Origin: an uncultured Acidobacteriota bacterium
GTDB lineage: Bacteria > Acidobacteriota > Thermoanaerobaculia > Multivoradales > JAHEKO01
Direction: 5' to 3'
Assembly: GCA_963713825.1 (NCBI GenBank)
Contig: CAVQNG010000003.1
Location: 128,001 to 192,000, forward strand
Length of the DNA stretch: 64,000 nucleotides
Shown here: piece by piece, positions 9,834 through 19,385 of the stretch
Position numbering within the stretch: position 1 is the first letter of the stretch
How the letters are laid out: each line of letters opens with the position of its first letter
The notes under the pieces: model-generated
What the model was told of the DNA's origin: nothing
The model's input: only the letters and a program-made list of their open reading frames with translations
Databases searched by the model: none
Made by a program: the position numbers and the translations under genes

Positions 9834-10325
9834 TCACGTAGCCTTCCGGTCCGGTGGCACAATGGCCATCGCCTCGATCTCGACCAGAAGATCCTCCCTG
9901 CACAGCGTGACCTGGATGCCGGTGCTGGCGGGGAACGGGTCCAGCTCCTTCTGCTGGTAGAAAGCCATCCTGACTTCGTTGAACGCGTCATAGTCGCGAG
10001 ACATGTCGCGCAGGTAGCAGGTCGTACGTACGACGTCGTGCCAATCGGCTCCTTCGGCCGCCAACAGCGCTTCGATGTTGCGGAAAGTGCGCCAGGACTG
10101 GGCCTCCAGGTCGCCGATGTGAATCGACTCTCCGGCTTCGTTGACGCTGGCTGTACCACTGATGAGGATCAGTGAGTACCCGGGTAACTCGACCCGCAAG
10201 GCCCGCGTGAAAGGTACCGGATTGTCGTAGTCGTAAGCCTCGTTCAGGACTCTGGGCTCTTGGATTTGTCGCTTTTCGAATCGCACCAGGGTGTCCTGCT
10301 CGAGGGTTGTGTCCTTCACTGTCAT
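9834..10325 (-). CDS. Rid (YjgF/YER057c/UK114) family protein resembling the FkbO/Hyg5/XanB2 chorismatase catalytic domain
   Basis: LNEAYDY..P.F.RA, ISGTASV, HIGDLEAQ and LCREDLLVEIEA motifs. AGGAG SD. Confidence 0.8.
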   Translation of the reverse strand: MTVKDTTLEQDTLVRFEKRQIQEPRVLNEAYDYDNPVPFTRALRVELPGYSLILISGTASVNEAGESIHIGDLEAQSWRTFRNIEALLAAEGADWHDVVRTTCYLRDMSRDYDAFNEVRMAFYQQKELDPFPASTGIQVTLCREDLLVEIEAMAIVPPDRKAT

Positions 10326-10344
10326 GGTCAATTCTCCTGTGGTC

Positions 10345-10848
10345 CTACCCAACCGATGTGTCCAGACTCCGGTTGGCTTGTATTCCAGTCAAAGGCGATG
10401 TCGCTCCGACCGTCAGGGTCGACTCCAACGCCTGTCGCTTCTCCTGATCCGCCTCCACGACATCCATCAACGAGATGCCTTTCATGCTCTCGCGAAAGGA
10501 CTCGCAGATCTCTTTCCATGTGTCGTGGATCGGGCATTTCGTTTCATCCGCGCAAGGGCTCAAACCGAGAAGGCAGTCTCCCTCCGGCCTGGGTCCTTCC
10601 ACCGCTCGGACCAACGTATAGAGACTGGTCTCGGTCGGGGAGCAATTGAGCTCGAACCCACCGTTGGGGCCTTTGGCGGAGGTGAGGAGGCCTTTCTTGG
10701 TCAGGTCCTGGAGGATCTTCGAAAGAAATGCCTGCGGAATGGACAGCTCCTCCGAGATCTCGCGTGCCTGCGCTCGGGCGCCGGGCTCCATATGGGCAAG
10801 ATGGCAGACAGCCCGGATAGCGTATTTCGTTGCTGTGCTCTGAATCAT
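10345..10848 (-). CDS. Rrf2 family transcriptional regulator, probably Fe-S binding
   Basis: YAIRA, FLSKILQDL, SAKGPNGGF wing, C-x6-C-x5-C-x2-H (CLLGLSPCADETKCPIH). Confidence 0.92.
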   Translation of the reverse strand: MIQSTATKYAIRAVCHLAHMEPGARAQAREISEELSIPQAFLSKILQDLTKKGLLTSAKGPNGGFELNCSPTETSLYTLVRAVEGPRPEGDCLLGLSPCADETKCPIHDTWKEICESFRESMKGISLMDVVEADQEKRQALESTLTVGATSPLTGIQANRSLDTSVG

Positions 10849-10952
10849 CGGCCTGCCTTGGTGACGCCCCTGCTCTCCGCCCTCTCCTGTTTCAATTTCT
10901 GACGCTCTCGACTTGGCTTTCCCCCAGACTTGTCGAGGCCCAGACTCAGCTT

Positions 10953-10969
10953 TGCAAAATCGAAGCCAA
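10953..10969 (-). promoter_or_regulatory. Candidate sigma54 (-24/-12) promoter of the rrf2 operon
   Basis: TTGGCTTCGATTTTGCA on the minus strand with exact GG-N10-GC spacing. Confidence 0.55.
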
Positions 10970-11038
10970 GAAAACTACCCTAGGGAGCACCGGTAGTTGT
11001 GGTGATTTCTGGACTCTGGGATCGATTCTCTTCAAAAT

Positions 11039-11066
11039 TTCGGATAAGCCGATCCAAATATCCGAA
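11039..11066. promoter_or_regulatory. Palindromic operator or upstream activating sequence
   Basis: TTCGGATA-N12-TATCCGAA perfect inverted repeat in AT-rich intergenic DNA, 70-100 bp upstream of the sigma54-like site. Confidence 0.5.
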
Positions 11067-11123
11067 TTAGGATACCAGGCTGCCGTTCTCCGACTCAACT
11101 GCCGGCTTCCAGCAGTCGCTGCT

Positions 11124-12398
11124 CTATCGAATCTGTAGGTAGCCGAAAACAAGAAAGAGTCCCAGAGTCCCGAGCAGCGCGATCCTCGCCAAAGGGCCGT
11201 TTCTGAGCGCTCCCATCGACTCACGACGACCGTTGAGAACCAACAGAGCCAAGGCCAGCATCGGTACGAAGAGCGCTCCCAGGACCGCATACACCAGCTG
11301 GATGCGGACGAAGCTGCTGAACAGACCCGCAATCGAGGCGAGTCCCAGCGCGACGAGGAATGCCCGGTAAGGCAACCGACCTGTATCCACCTGCTCCACC
11401 CTGTCTTCCTTCGATGCGGCGAGCAGTCGCCAGAGGTCGGCAAACAGATAGGGAACGGATTGCCAAACCCCCAACAGGCTGCTGGCCACGGCGCACCAGG
11501 CACCGATCAGGAAGAAGGCTCTTCCGAACGGCCCGAGAGCTTCACCCAACCGATTGGCGAGATCGACCAGCAAGGTCGCCCCTCCCCCTTCTACCTGGAC
11601 TGTCGAACCGACGATTACCATGCCGATTCCGAAGACCGCAGTGGCCGCATATCCCGTCGCCAGGTCCCACCGACACAGTCGCAGAGCTTCCGGCCCCTCT
11701 CGACCCACTTCGCGGATCCAATATCCGTAGCATAGGAGCGTGACCGTTCCTCCGACTCCGCCGAGCAGCGCCACAGTCATCAGCAACCCTCCCTCGCCGA
11801 CCAGCGGAATCGACGGAACCAAGGCTCCACGAACCACCGCTGAAAGATCGGGCCGCAGTGCCACCGCTGTGGTGATCACGGTGACGAACAGTAGCCCGAT
11901 CGAGATACCCATGACCCGCTCGAACAAGCGAAATCCCCCGACGAGAACCAGAATCACACCCGCCAGGCTGTGCGCCACACCGAATACGACCTTGCCTGTC
12001 ATGGGGTCCGAAAAAATCGGCGCCAAGGCATGTGCCGTGACTCCGCAGGCACTCACCAGAGCCCGCCCCACGGCGAAGCTCCAGACCAGCAGATAGGCGA
12101 GGAAGAAATAAGAGGCGGGTCGGCCGAGGTACCGAACAGCCCCTTCGAGCAACGTCGTCCCGGTTGCCAGCTGCCATCGGGCGAGGCCTTCGTTCAGGAC
12201 GTACTTGAGAGCCGCCCCCACGAGCACTGCCCACAGAACAACCAGACCAAGGCGACTGCCGACGATACTGGCTGTCGCCAGGTCTCCTGCTCCGACTCCG
12301 GTCGCCGCTACAAGCAGACCAGGGCCCACGAAGGCCAGCGGGTTGAACCGCCGCGATCGCGGCGGTCTTTGTGAAGGGTGTGCCGGCTTCGAGCCCAT
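11124..12398 (-). CDS. Nramp-related (YcsG-like) divalent metal transporter
   Basis: GPGLLVAATGVGAGDL, EGLARWQLATG and GGVGGT motifs; ~11 TM helices. Confidence 0.85.
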   Translation of the reverse strand: MGSKPAHPSQRPPRSRRFNPLAFVGPGLLVAATGVGAGDLATASIVGSRLGLVVLWAVLVGAALKYVLNEGLARWQLATGTTLLEGAVRYLGRPASYFFLAYLLVWSFAVGRALVSACGVTAHALAPIFSDPMTGKVVFGVAHSLAGVILVLVGGFRLFERVMGISIGLLFVTVITTAVALRPDLSAVVRGALVPSIPLVGEGGLLMTVALLGGVGGTVTLLCYGYWIREVGREGPEALRLCRWDLATGYAATAVFGIGMVIVGSTVQVEGGGATLLVDLANRLGEALGPFGRAFFLIGAWCAVASSLLGVWQSVPYLFADLWRLLAASKEDRVEQVDTGRLPYRAFLVALGLASIAGLFSSFVRIQLVYAVLGALFVPMLALALLVLNGRRESMGALRNGPLARIALLGTLGLFLVFGYLQIR

Positions 12399-12444
12399 CC
12401 TTCGGATCTTACTTCTCAGGGTCGGGCGACGAACGACGACAGTG

Positions 12445-12843
12445 CTATCGAATCAGGGACCAGAAGACGCCGAAGATACCGATGAAACCGATCACCACGT
12501 ACACCACAACGGTCCAGGTCCCCGGATCCGGTGACAGCATCTCGGCTGTGAATCCTTGGAGGAAGACGCCCAGGAGGCCCGCTCCCAGAAACTGGAACAG
12601 GACGTTCTTTCGATTTCGGAATTCGGTGTGAAGCCGATGGGCCGCGTATTGAACGTCTTTCTGTAGGACCAGGGCGTGCCTACGGGACCTGGCCGTATCC
12701 ACCGACTCGCGAATCAGCTGGCCGCCATAGTCCCGAATCTGCTTCACCGCGAAGTCGCGAGCGTGCTCGTGGAACTTGAGCTCGGGCTCCTCGCTGGCAG
12801 GCTGAGCAGTGGAATGCAGTTCCTCTTCGACCATGGGGTTCAC
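12445..12843 (-). CDS. Small protein with a histone-fold-like N-terminus and two C-terminal TM helices
   Basis: FHEHARDFAVKQIRDYGGQLIRESVDTARSRRHALVLQKDVQYAAHRL follows the histone alpha2-L2-alpha3 pattern, then two hydrophobic helices. GTGA overlap with the upstream gene. Confidence 0.6.
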   Translation of the reverse strand: MNPMVEEELHSTAQPASEEPELKFHEHARDFAVKQIRDYGGQLIRESVDTARSRRHALVLQKDVQYAAHRLHTEFRNRKNVLFQFLGAGLLGVFLQGFTAEMLSPDPGTWTVVVYVVIGFIGIFGVFWSLIR

Positions 12844-14231
12844 ACCTCGTAGCTACTGGGATAGGTAGACCTGGCCTTCAAATCCTCGGCCAGCTCGCTC
12901 AGGGCCTGTCTGACAATCGACCGCTCATCGGGAGTCAGAGATCTCGGCAGCTTCAAGCCGCCCGCAACCTGCACCAGGGTAAGCCCGAGACCGATCAAGA
13001 GCACCATCGCCAAGCTGAATAGGGTGATGGCGATGACTTCGCTTCGCGCCGTCCACGGGGTCGGCAGCACTCGCACGAACAGCGCTCCGACACTCGAGAC
13101 CAGCAACATCATGATCAGGCTGAAAACGACTGCGGCCCGGTTGGTGGGCGCATGCAAGAAGAGGCTAACCTGCTTGCCGGCGTCCACCAGAGTGTGGCTC
13201 ACCGACTCCACGGAGAGGGTATGGGGTCGCCTGCCGATGATGTTGATCAGCGAGCCGACAAGATCCATGAGTGACAGATCGGCCTCGATGCCCTCGGTCT
13301 CCTCGACCTCCACGCGCCGCTTGGCGATCTCATCCAGGATGATCTTGCTGGGTGGGGGGGGGTCGCCAACGAAATCGGCCATCTGTGAAACACGGCAGCC
13401 AGCCTCGATCAAAGGACGCACATCGACGCCCGTGGTGACCCCGATGCTGTCGAACATCGCCACGAGTTCCTCGGTCGCGACGTTCCCAATGGAGTGCCGG
13501 ACGGTGATGGCTCCTCCAATACCGCCGATCGAGGCGTCGAAGATACGGACACCGGCCTTGTAAGCCACAAACGCGTTGGTCACTCCTAGACCACGGCGGT
13601 CGTGGAGGTGAACACCGATGTGATCGAGACCCAGTTGCTGTGAAACGTGCCCGACGACACGCTCGATGTCGTTGGGTGTCGCCAGGCCATCCGTATCTGA
13701 GAGAGCGACCATCTCGCATCCCATCTCGATCAGACTCTGACTGATCTCGCTCACCTGACCAGCCGGCATCAGGCCATCCCTCTGACTCCTGTCGCGGAAG
13801 GCATAGGACAGATAGCCGCGCAATCGATAGCCGTCGGCCGCGGCCGCAGCCGCCACCTTGGCGGCGGCTTCGAGCGACTCCGCGACGCTCATGTGTGTGT
13901 TCTTCTGCGCATACTCCTCGGACGCCGAGACGAACAGTGCCACGGTGTTGACCCTCTCCGCCTCTCGCAACAGTTCGTAGTACTCGAGAGTTGGAGCCAG
14001 GGCGGCAATCTGGCCGTCATACGGGGGCAAACGTCGGAGTACCTCGGCGGTGTCCTGCATGGCTGGAACCACACGGGGGTTCACGAAGGAGCCCACTTCG
14101 ATGTAGGGCACACCGCTGCGCACCAGTGCTTCCGCCAATTGGAGACGTGCTTCCAAGGGAATCACCGCATGGCGGTTGAGGATCTGCATCCCGTCCCGTA
14201 GTGACACGTCACAGATCTTGACTTCGAACAT
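12840..14231 (-). CDS. HMG-CoA lyase-like DRE-TIM metallolyase with a C-terminal two-TM extension
   Basis: DVSLRDGMQ, IEVGSFV, HLHD, GNVATE. About 150 extra C-terminal residues include two hydrophobic helices. Confidence 0.85.
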   Translation of the reverse strand: MFEVKICDVSLRDGMQILNRHAVIPLEARLQLAEALVRSGVPYIEVGSFVNPRVVPAMQDTAEVLRRLPPYDGQIAALAPTLEYYELLREAERVNTVALFVSASEEYAQKNTHMSVAESLEAAAKVAAAAAADGYRLRGYLSYAFRDRSQRDGLMPAGQVSEISQSLIEMGCEMVALSDTDGLATPNDIERVVGHVSQQLGLDHIGVHLHDRRGLGVTNAFVAYKAGVRIFDASIGGIGGAITVRHSIGNVATEELVAMFDSIGVTTGVDVRPLIEAGCRVSQMADFVGDPPPPSKIILDEIAKRRVEVEETEGIEADLSLMDLVGSLINIIGRRPHTLSVESVSHTLVDAGKQVSLFLHAPTNRAAVVFSLIMMLLVSSVGALFVRVLPTPWTARSEVIAITLFSLAMVLLIGLGLTLVQVAGGLKLPRSLTPDERSIVRQALSELAEDLKARSTYPSSYEV

Positions 14232-14380
14232 GGTCTCTTGGTTTCCGGCCTCGTGGTCCGTGCGTTGCACGTTTATCGTCTCACAATCACGCAGTGGTCG
14301 CTGTGAAGACTTTGGGAGTCGGTCGCCAGAGGAGCTCCACCTGGGAAACGGCCTCAGAAGCTGATAGGAATATCGGCAGC

Positions 14381-15694
14381 ATGCTCAACGCTCGCCGCTC
14401 GTTCCGGGCTTGGAGTCCTTGGCCCTTCCTTGCACTCTGGACGGCCCTGTGCCTGCCGAACCTGGCGCTGGCGGCTGAGGAAGAAACCAAGGTCCTGCCT
14501 TCCAGGGTCGATCTCCAGGCTCTCTACGAGAGTCGAGATTTCTTTTCTCTACGCGATCGACTCACAAGCCGCCCCGAGGGTGAGATACAAGATCCTGAGA
14601 ATCGTTTTTTCGCCGCAGCGGTCGAGCTGGCCTTCAACGACCCGGCCGCCTCGATTCGGATTGCCGAGTCCACAATCGAGGCAGAGGATCTGCCGCCCCT
14701 GGTCGCCCTCAGACTGCATCACCTGAGGGTGACCGCCTATCTGCGCCTCCACAGGTATGGCGAGGCGCTTGCAGCGGCCCGCACTCTCTTGAGCTCACCG
14801 GTCCGGCAAGAGGAACCAGCTATCGAACAGGAGGTCCGCGGCACCCTGCCTCTCCTCGAAGCTCTGAAAGAGGCCCCGCCGCAGGAAGCCCTGATACGCC
14901 GCTCGAGCCGCCTGGCGCTGGGAAAATCCCGCCGCGTACCGCTGAGAATCGGCGACAAGAAACGCCAGTTCTCTCTCGACACCGGCGCCAACTTCTCCGT
15001 CATCATGGCCTCTGAGGCCGAGGCATTGGGTCTGACCATCAGGCCGGCAGGGGTTGAGGTCGCCACCTCGACAGGCGCCAAGGTTCTGGCGGACGTGGCC
15101 GTAGCCAAACAGATGTCCATAGGGAAGATCGACTACACCAACGTCGTGTTCCTCGTTTTCCCGGACGAGCTCCTCACCTTCCCGGACGGCCACCGGATCC
15201 CGGGGCTGATTGGATTCCCGGTCGTCGAGGCCATGGGAGAGATTCGCTTCCGTCGCGATGACGTCATGGAGATCCCCTCGAGGCCGCCCGTTCGCAAGTT
15301 GGGAAACCTGGCCCTCGCCGGCCTGGACCCCCTGGTACAGATTCGTTACAGCGGCGACGACCTGGTCTGTCGCCTCGATACCGGTGCCAACAAGACCGTC
15401 TTCTATGAGCCGTTCTATCAGCGGTACCGCGAGCGCCTGGATGCGCTCGGGAGAAAAGTCACGGTCACCACAGGCGGAGTCGGTGGCTTCCAGGAGATAC
15501 CCGCCCTCCAGCTGCCACGGCTCGCAATGACCATCGCAGCCGGAGGTACAAACCTGCGGGATGTGGATGTATACCTTCGCCCGATTCGGGCACCGGAGGA
15601 GAACTACCTCTATTGCAACATCGGGCTGGACGTGTTGCACCGATTCAGTGCCTACGTCGTCAACTTTCGCGACATGGCACTGGTCCTGGAGTGA
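14381..15694 (+). CDS. Secreted aspartyl protease with two retropepsin-like domains and an N-terminal helical (TPR-like) region
   Basis: Signal peptide, two LDTGAN motifs, GLIG and NIGLD flap-like motifs. Confidence 0.85.
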   Translation: MLNARRSFRAWSPWPFLALWTALCLPNLALAAEEETKVLPSRVDLQALYESRDFFSLRDRLTSRPEGEIQDPENRFFAAAVELAFNDPAASIRIAESTIEAEDLPPLVALRLHHLRVTAYLRLHRYGEALAAARTLLSSPVRQEEPAIEQEVRGTLPLLEALKEAPPQEALIRRSSRLALGKSRRVPLRIGDKKRQFSLDTGANFSVIMASEAEALGLTIRPAGVEVATSTGAKVLADVAVAKQMSIGKIDYTNVVFLVFPDELLTFPDGHRIPGLIGFPVVEAMGEIRFRRDDVMEIPSRPPVRKLGNLALAGLDPLVQIRYSGDDLVCRLDTGANKTVFYEPFYQRYRERLDALGRKVTVTTGGVGGFQEIPALQLPRLAMTIAAGGTNLRDVDVYLRPIRAPEENYLYCNIGLDVLHRFSAYVVNFRDMALVLE

Positions 15695-15706
15695 TTTGGC
15701 CCAGGG

Positions 15707-16126
15707 CTACTCGACTGCCACGATCTTGATATCGAAGTTCAGCGCCTCACCGGCCAGGGGATGGTTGAAGTCGAGGACAATCTTGTCCTCGCCCACCTCG
15801 TGCACGCGGATCGGCTGCTGATTGCCTTCCGGATCGCTGGCGACAAGCATGGTGCCTACCGTCCGGGCGTCCTCCGGCACCAGATCTGGCTCGACATCCT
15901 GGAACCCGTCGGGGTCGACCAGGCCATAGCCCTCTTCTGCCGTCAACACGACCTTCTTCGTGTCCCCGACTTCGAGGCCGATCAGCGCCTCCTCGAGGGC
16001 GGGCAGGATCTCCTGCTGGCCCTGGCTGTAGACAAGCGCCTCACTGCCCACGTTGGTGTCCGCGGTCTCGCCATCGTCCAGAGTGAGCGTGTACTCGATA
16101 GAAACTGTGCTGCCTTCTTCAATCAC
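15707..16126 (-). CDS. slyD: SlyD-like FKBP-type peptidyl-prolyl isomerase (no His-rich tail)
   Basis: VSIEYTL, ILPALEEAL, EEGYG, LDFNHPLAGEALNF. AAGGAG SD before GTG 16126. Confidence 0.9.
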   Translation of the reverse strand: MIEEGSTVSIEYTLTLDDGETADTNVGSEALVYSQGQQEILPALEEALIGLEVGDTKKVVLTAEEGYGLVDPDGFQDVEPDLVPEDARTVGTMLVASDPEGNQQPIRVHEVGEDKIVLDFNHPLAGEALNFDIKIVAVE

Positions 16127-16377
16127 GATTCGTTTCTCCTTTGGAGCGGGGATGGGTTTTCGGTACTGGCGCAACCTGCTCGCCCGAGTCGTTATGACCT
16201 GCCCTGAGGGCTGGAGCGGAGAGGAAGTTTGCGGCCGGATGGTAACACGCTGAGTCGATTCACTCGAACGCTGCCTGCCTCTTGTGCTAACTTTGAGTCG
16301 CTAGCCGACAGCTTCGAGCCGCGCGGTCCCCGACCGCGTCGTTGATAGCGCGTGCAACATGGGAAAGGAGTACAGTC

Positions 16378-16797
16378 ATCAGCAATACAATTTTCGTTGG
16401 TAACCTGAACTACGAAACCACAGAATCGGAACTCGAGGGCCTCTTCTCTGAAATCGGCGAGGTCAAGAACGTTCACGTCCCGGCCGACCGGATGACGGGC
16501 CGTCCCCGAGGGTTCGCTTTTGTAGAGTTCGCCGATGGCAGCTCTGCGCAAGAGGCCGTTTCCCGATTCGACCAACACGAGCTGGGAGGCCGCAAGCTCC
16601 GCATCAACGAGGCGGAGGATCGCGCCAAGCGATCACCAGGATCGGCACCCTACAACTCGGGCGGCCCCTCGTATGGTGGGGGTGGCGGCGGCGGGGGTGG
16701 GGGTGGCGGTGGGGGGGGCGGCGGTGGCGCAAAAGGCAAAGCCGGCCGACCGAAAGGCAGCCGCCGTGGAATGCGCGGCAAGAAGCGCAGCCTCTAG
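16378..16797 (+). CDS. RRM RNA-binding protein with Gly-rich/basic tail; apparent ATC start
   Basis: RNP2 IFVGNL, RNP1 RGFAFVEF, LRINEA. AAGGAG SD lies 7 nt before ATC-AGC-AAT. Confidence 0.88.
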   Translation: MSNTIFVGNLNYETTESELEGLFSEIGEVKNVHVPADRMTGRPRGFAFVEFADGSSAQEAVSRFDQHELGGRKLRINEAEDRAKRSPGSAPYNSGGPSYGGGGGGGGGGGGGGGGGGAKGKAGRPKGSRRGMRGKKRSL

Positions 16798-16853
16798 TCC
16801 CTCTCGATCAAGACCCAAGACCTCAGAGCTCCAGGCCGGAACCCCGGCCTGGG

Positions 16854-19385
16854 CTAGTTTTCGCTCCGCAGCGCCGCAACAGGATCCACTTTAGCGGCCC
16901 GTATCGCTGGCAGGAAGGCGCCCAAGAGGCCAATCAGAAAGACGAATGCCGTGCCACCGACCAAGATGATCGGGTCGGCTGGGTTGACGGCGTAGAGCAG
17001 ACTTTCGATCAGCTTTCCGGAGGCCAGGATAACCGCCAGGCCCACCGCGACTCCGATACCCAACAAGCGCATCGAATAGCCGAACACGAGGCTCAACACT
17101 CTCGGTTGGTCAGCTCCCAGCGCCATGCGGACACCGATTTCATGCTGACGTTGGGTGACGAAAGTCGACATCATTCCGAAGACGCCCATCGCCACCAAAA
17201 CGATACCCACCACACTGAAGATCGAAATCAGCAGGGTGTTGAATCGCCGTCGCACGGTCACCGAGGCGATCACTTCGTCCAGGGTCCGCATCTCCGACAC
17301 CGCCTGCTCCGGAGCCAACCGACGAATCTCACTTTTCAGCGCTCCGCGAAGCCCGTCCAGTGCCACATCGGATCGAAGGATGAGAAACTGCCTCTCGGCC
17401 CAGAATGGCCATCCCGCCCAGTAGGCTGAGTGAGGACCGAACGGTAGAAAGTACTCTGGGATAGCTGGACGCTCCGCTCCCCACTGACGAACATCACCTA
17501 CCACCCCGACAACGGTGATCCACTGGAGGTCGTCGTGAATGGCAAAGCGCTTGCCGATGGGATCGGCATTGGGCCAGGCAAGGTCAGCAAAGGTCTTGTT
17601 GACGACCGCCACCGCCTCCTCCGACCCGAGGTCCTGCTCGTCCAGGCGCCGGCCATGGACCAAGTCGATAGTCATGGCGCGAAAGTACCCAGGAGTCACG
17701 AAAGACTGCTCTGCAAGAGGCCCTAGTTTGTCTTCCCAGTCGCCTTCGCGACCCTCGATGGCGACCGCCCCATTGGTGCCCCCGTCCAGAGGCATCTTGC
17801 TCGTCGTACCGGCCATCTCCACCCCTGGCAACGACCTGATCCGAGGACCCACTTCGCGTAGAAAGGCGAGCACCTTCTCGGCACTGTCGTAGCTCGGCCC
17901 AGCGAGATGTAGGGGAACCGCGGTGACCCCGGCAGGATCGAAGCCGTAACCGGAACCCTGCAGCTTCGAGTAGCTGACGAGCATCAGAGCGGCTCCGTTG
18001 GCCAAGATCAGGGTCAATGCGAGCTGCACGATAATGAGACCTCGATAGACACGGGCTCGGCCTGGACTGGCAAAGAGGCTGCCCCGGCCCTGGTTGAGTG
18101 ACTTGGCAAGCTGGAGGCTGGAAGAGCCCAAGGCCGGCAGGACTCCGAGAAGCACAGCCAAGATCAGTGACAGGAGAGAGACGATCACCAGGGTGCCGGG
18201 CTGGATTCCATAATCGGCACTGCCTGATGGAGCTCTCGGCACCAGGAATCTCAATCCGTCGAGAGCCCACCAGGCAATAGCCGCCCCCAGAGCTCCTCCC
18301 AGAACTGCTAGAGGTAGGTACTCCGCCAGGAGCTGCAGCACCAGCCGTCCACGACCGGCCCCGAGGCTGAAACGGACGGCCAGCTCATTCTCCCTCGAGG
18401 CGGCTTTGGCCAGCATCAGACCACCAACGTTGGCCGAGGCGATCAGCAGTACGCAGATCGCAGCCACCATGAGCATTAGTAGTTGATTGCCGGTCCGACC
18501 CACCATTTCCGAGTGCAGTGCTGCAACTCGAGCACCGCAGTTCTTATTGGTTGTCGTGTAGGTGGCCTCCAGATCCGCAGCAATGCGATCCATCTCAACC
18601 TGGGCGCTCTCCAGGGTAGAACTGTCACCAAGACGCGCGACAGCCATGTAGGAGTGATCGTCGCGGGAGTCGAGCGCAGTACTCAGGGTCAACGGCAGAA
18701 GCATCTCGATGTCATAGTCTCGTGTCCAGGGGGTCATCAGCTTGAAATCGGTGGGCATGACACCGACGACGATATGAGCCAGCCCGTTGACCTGAACTGT
18801 CTTGCCAATGACATCCGGTGTGCCCCCGAAGCTCCCTCGCCATAGACCATGGCTGAGGATCGCGACCGGCTCGGCACCTTCCCTCCCATCTGAAAGCTGA
18901 AATCCTCGACCCAATTCCGGTTTGACCATCAAGACGTCGAAGAGCTCCGATGTGACCCTGGAGCCGCCGAGTCGAGTCGGTTCGTCGCCGCCAGTGAGGC
19001 TGAAATAGGAGGGCTTGACTGCGGCCATGGAGTCGAAGGACCGAGCCCGCTCTTCGAAGTCCAGGAAGTTGGGTCCAGAGAAGGGCATGCGGTCGATGTC
19101 TGGCTCGGTCTCCCAGATCATGACCAAACGGTCCGGCTCCGAATAGGGCATCGGTGTCAGCAGAACCGCGTCGATCAAGCTGAAAACTACGGTCGTGGCC
19201 CCGATTCCCAACGCCAGTAAAATCACCACCCCAAAGGCAAACAGCGGCTGGCGCCCGATAAAGCGCAAACCATGCCGTACGTCGCTCAGCAGGCCCTCCA
19301 CCGAGAGTGTCGACCGAAGCACTGGCTCGGGCGACGTCGCTTGGAACCGATGATCTTGGCTGGAGGCTTGGTCAGGCCCCGTCAT
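16854..19385 (-). CDS. ADOP-type duplicated ABC permease (MacB/FtsX domains)
   Basis: LALGIGATTVVFS, ANVGGLML..A..R..E.AVR.SLGAGR, QR.HEIGVRMALGA, PA.RAAKVDP..ALR. Confidence 0.92.
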   Translation of the reverse strand: MTGPDQASSQDHRFQATSPEPVLRSTLSVEGLLSDVRHGLRFIGRQPLFAFGVVILLALGIGATTVVFSLIDAVLLTPMPYSEPDRLVMIWETEPDIDRMPFSGPNFLDFEERARSFDSMAAVKPSYFSLTGGDEPTRLGGSRVTSELFDVLMVKPELGRGFQLSDGREGAEPVAILSHGLWRGSFGGTPDVIGKTVQVNGLAHIVVGVMPTDFKLMTPWTRDYDIEMLLPLTLSTALDSRDDHSYMAVARLGDSSTLESAQVEMDRIAADLEATYTTTNKNCGARVAALHSEMVGRTGNQLLMLMVAAICVLLIASANVGGLMLAKAASRENELAVRFSLGAGRGRLVLQLLAEYLPLAVLGGALGAAIAWWALDGLRFLVPRAPSGSADYGIQPGTLVIVSLLSLILAVLLGVLPALGSSSLQLAKSLNQGRGSLFASPGRARVYRGLIIVQLALTLILANGAALMLVSYSKLQGSGYGFDPAGVTAVPLHLAGPSYDSAEKVLAFLREVGPRIRSLPGVEMAGTTSKMPLDGGTNGAVAIEGREGDWEDKLGPLAEQSFVTPGYFRAMTIDLVHGRRLDEQDLGSEEAVAVVNKTFADLAWPNADPIGKRFAIHDDLQWITVVGVVGDVRQWGAERPAIPEYFLPFGPHSAYWAGWPFWAERQFLILRSDVALDGLRGALKSEIRRLAPEQAVSEMRTLDEVIASVTVRRRFNTLLISIFSVVGIVLVAMGVFGMMSTFVTQRQHEIGVRMALGADQPRVLSLVFGYSMRLLGIGVAVGLAVILASGKLIESLLYAVNPADPIILVGGTAFVFLIGLLGAFLPAIRAAKVDPVAALRSEN

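Noticed and set aside
9743-10159. 139-aa N-terminal extension of the DAHP synthase ORF
   Set aside because: It overlaps the Rid gene in another frame; the family-typical start is MLVMMK at 9742.
16675-16730. G-rich tract as a G-quadruplex or contingency locus
   Set aside because: It encodes the poly-Gly tail typical of bacterial RRM proteins.
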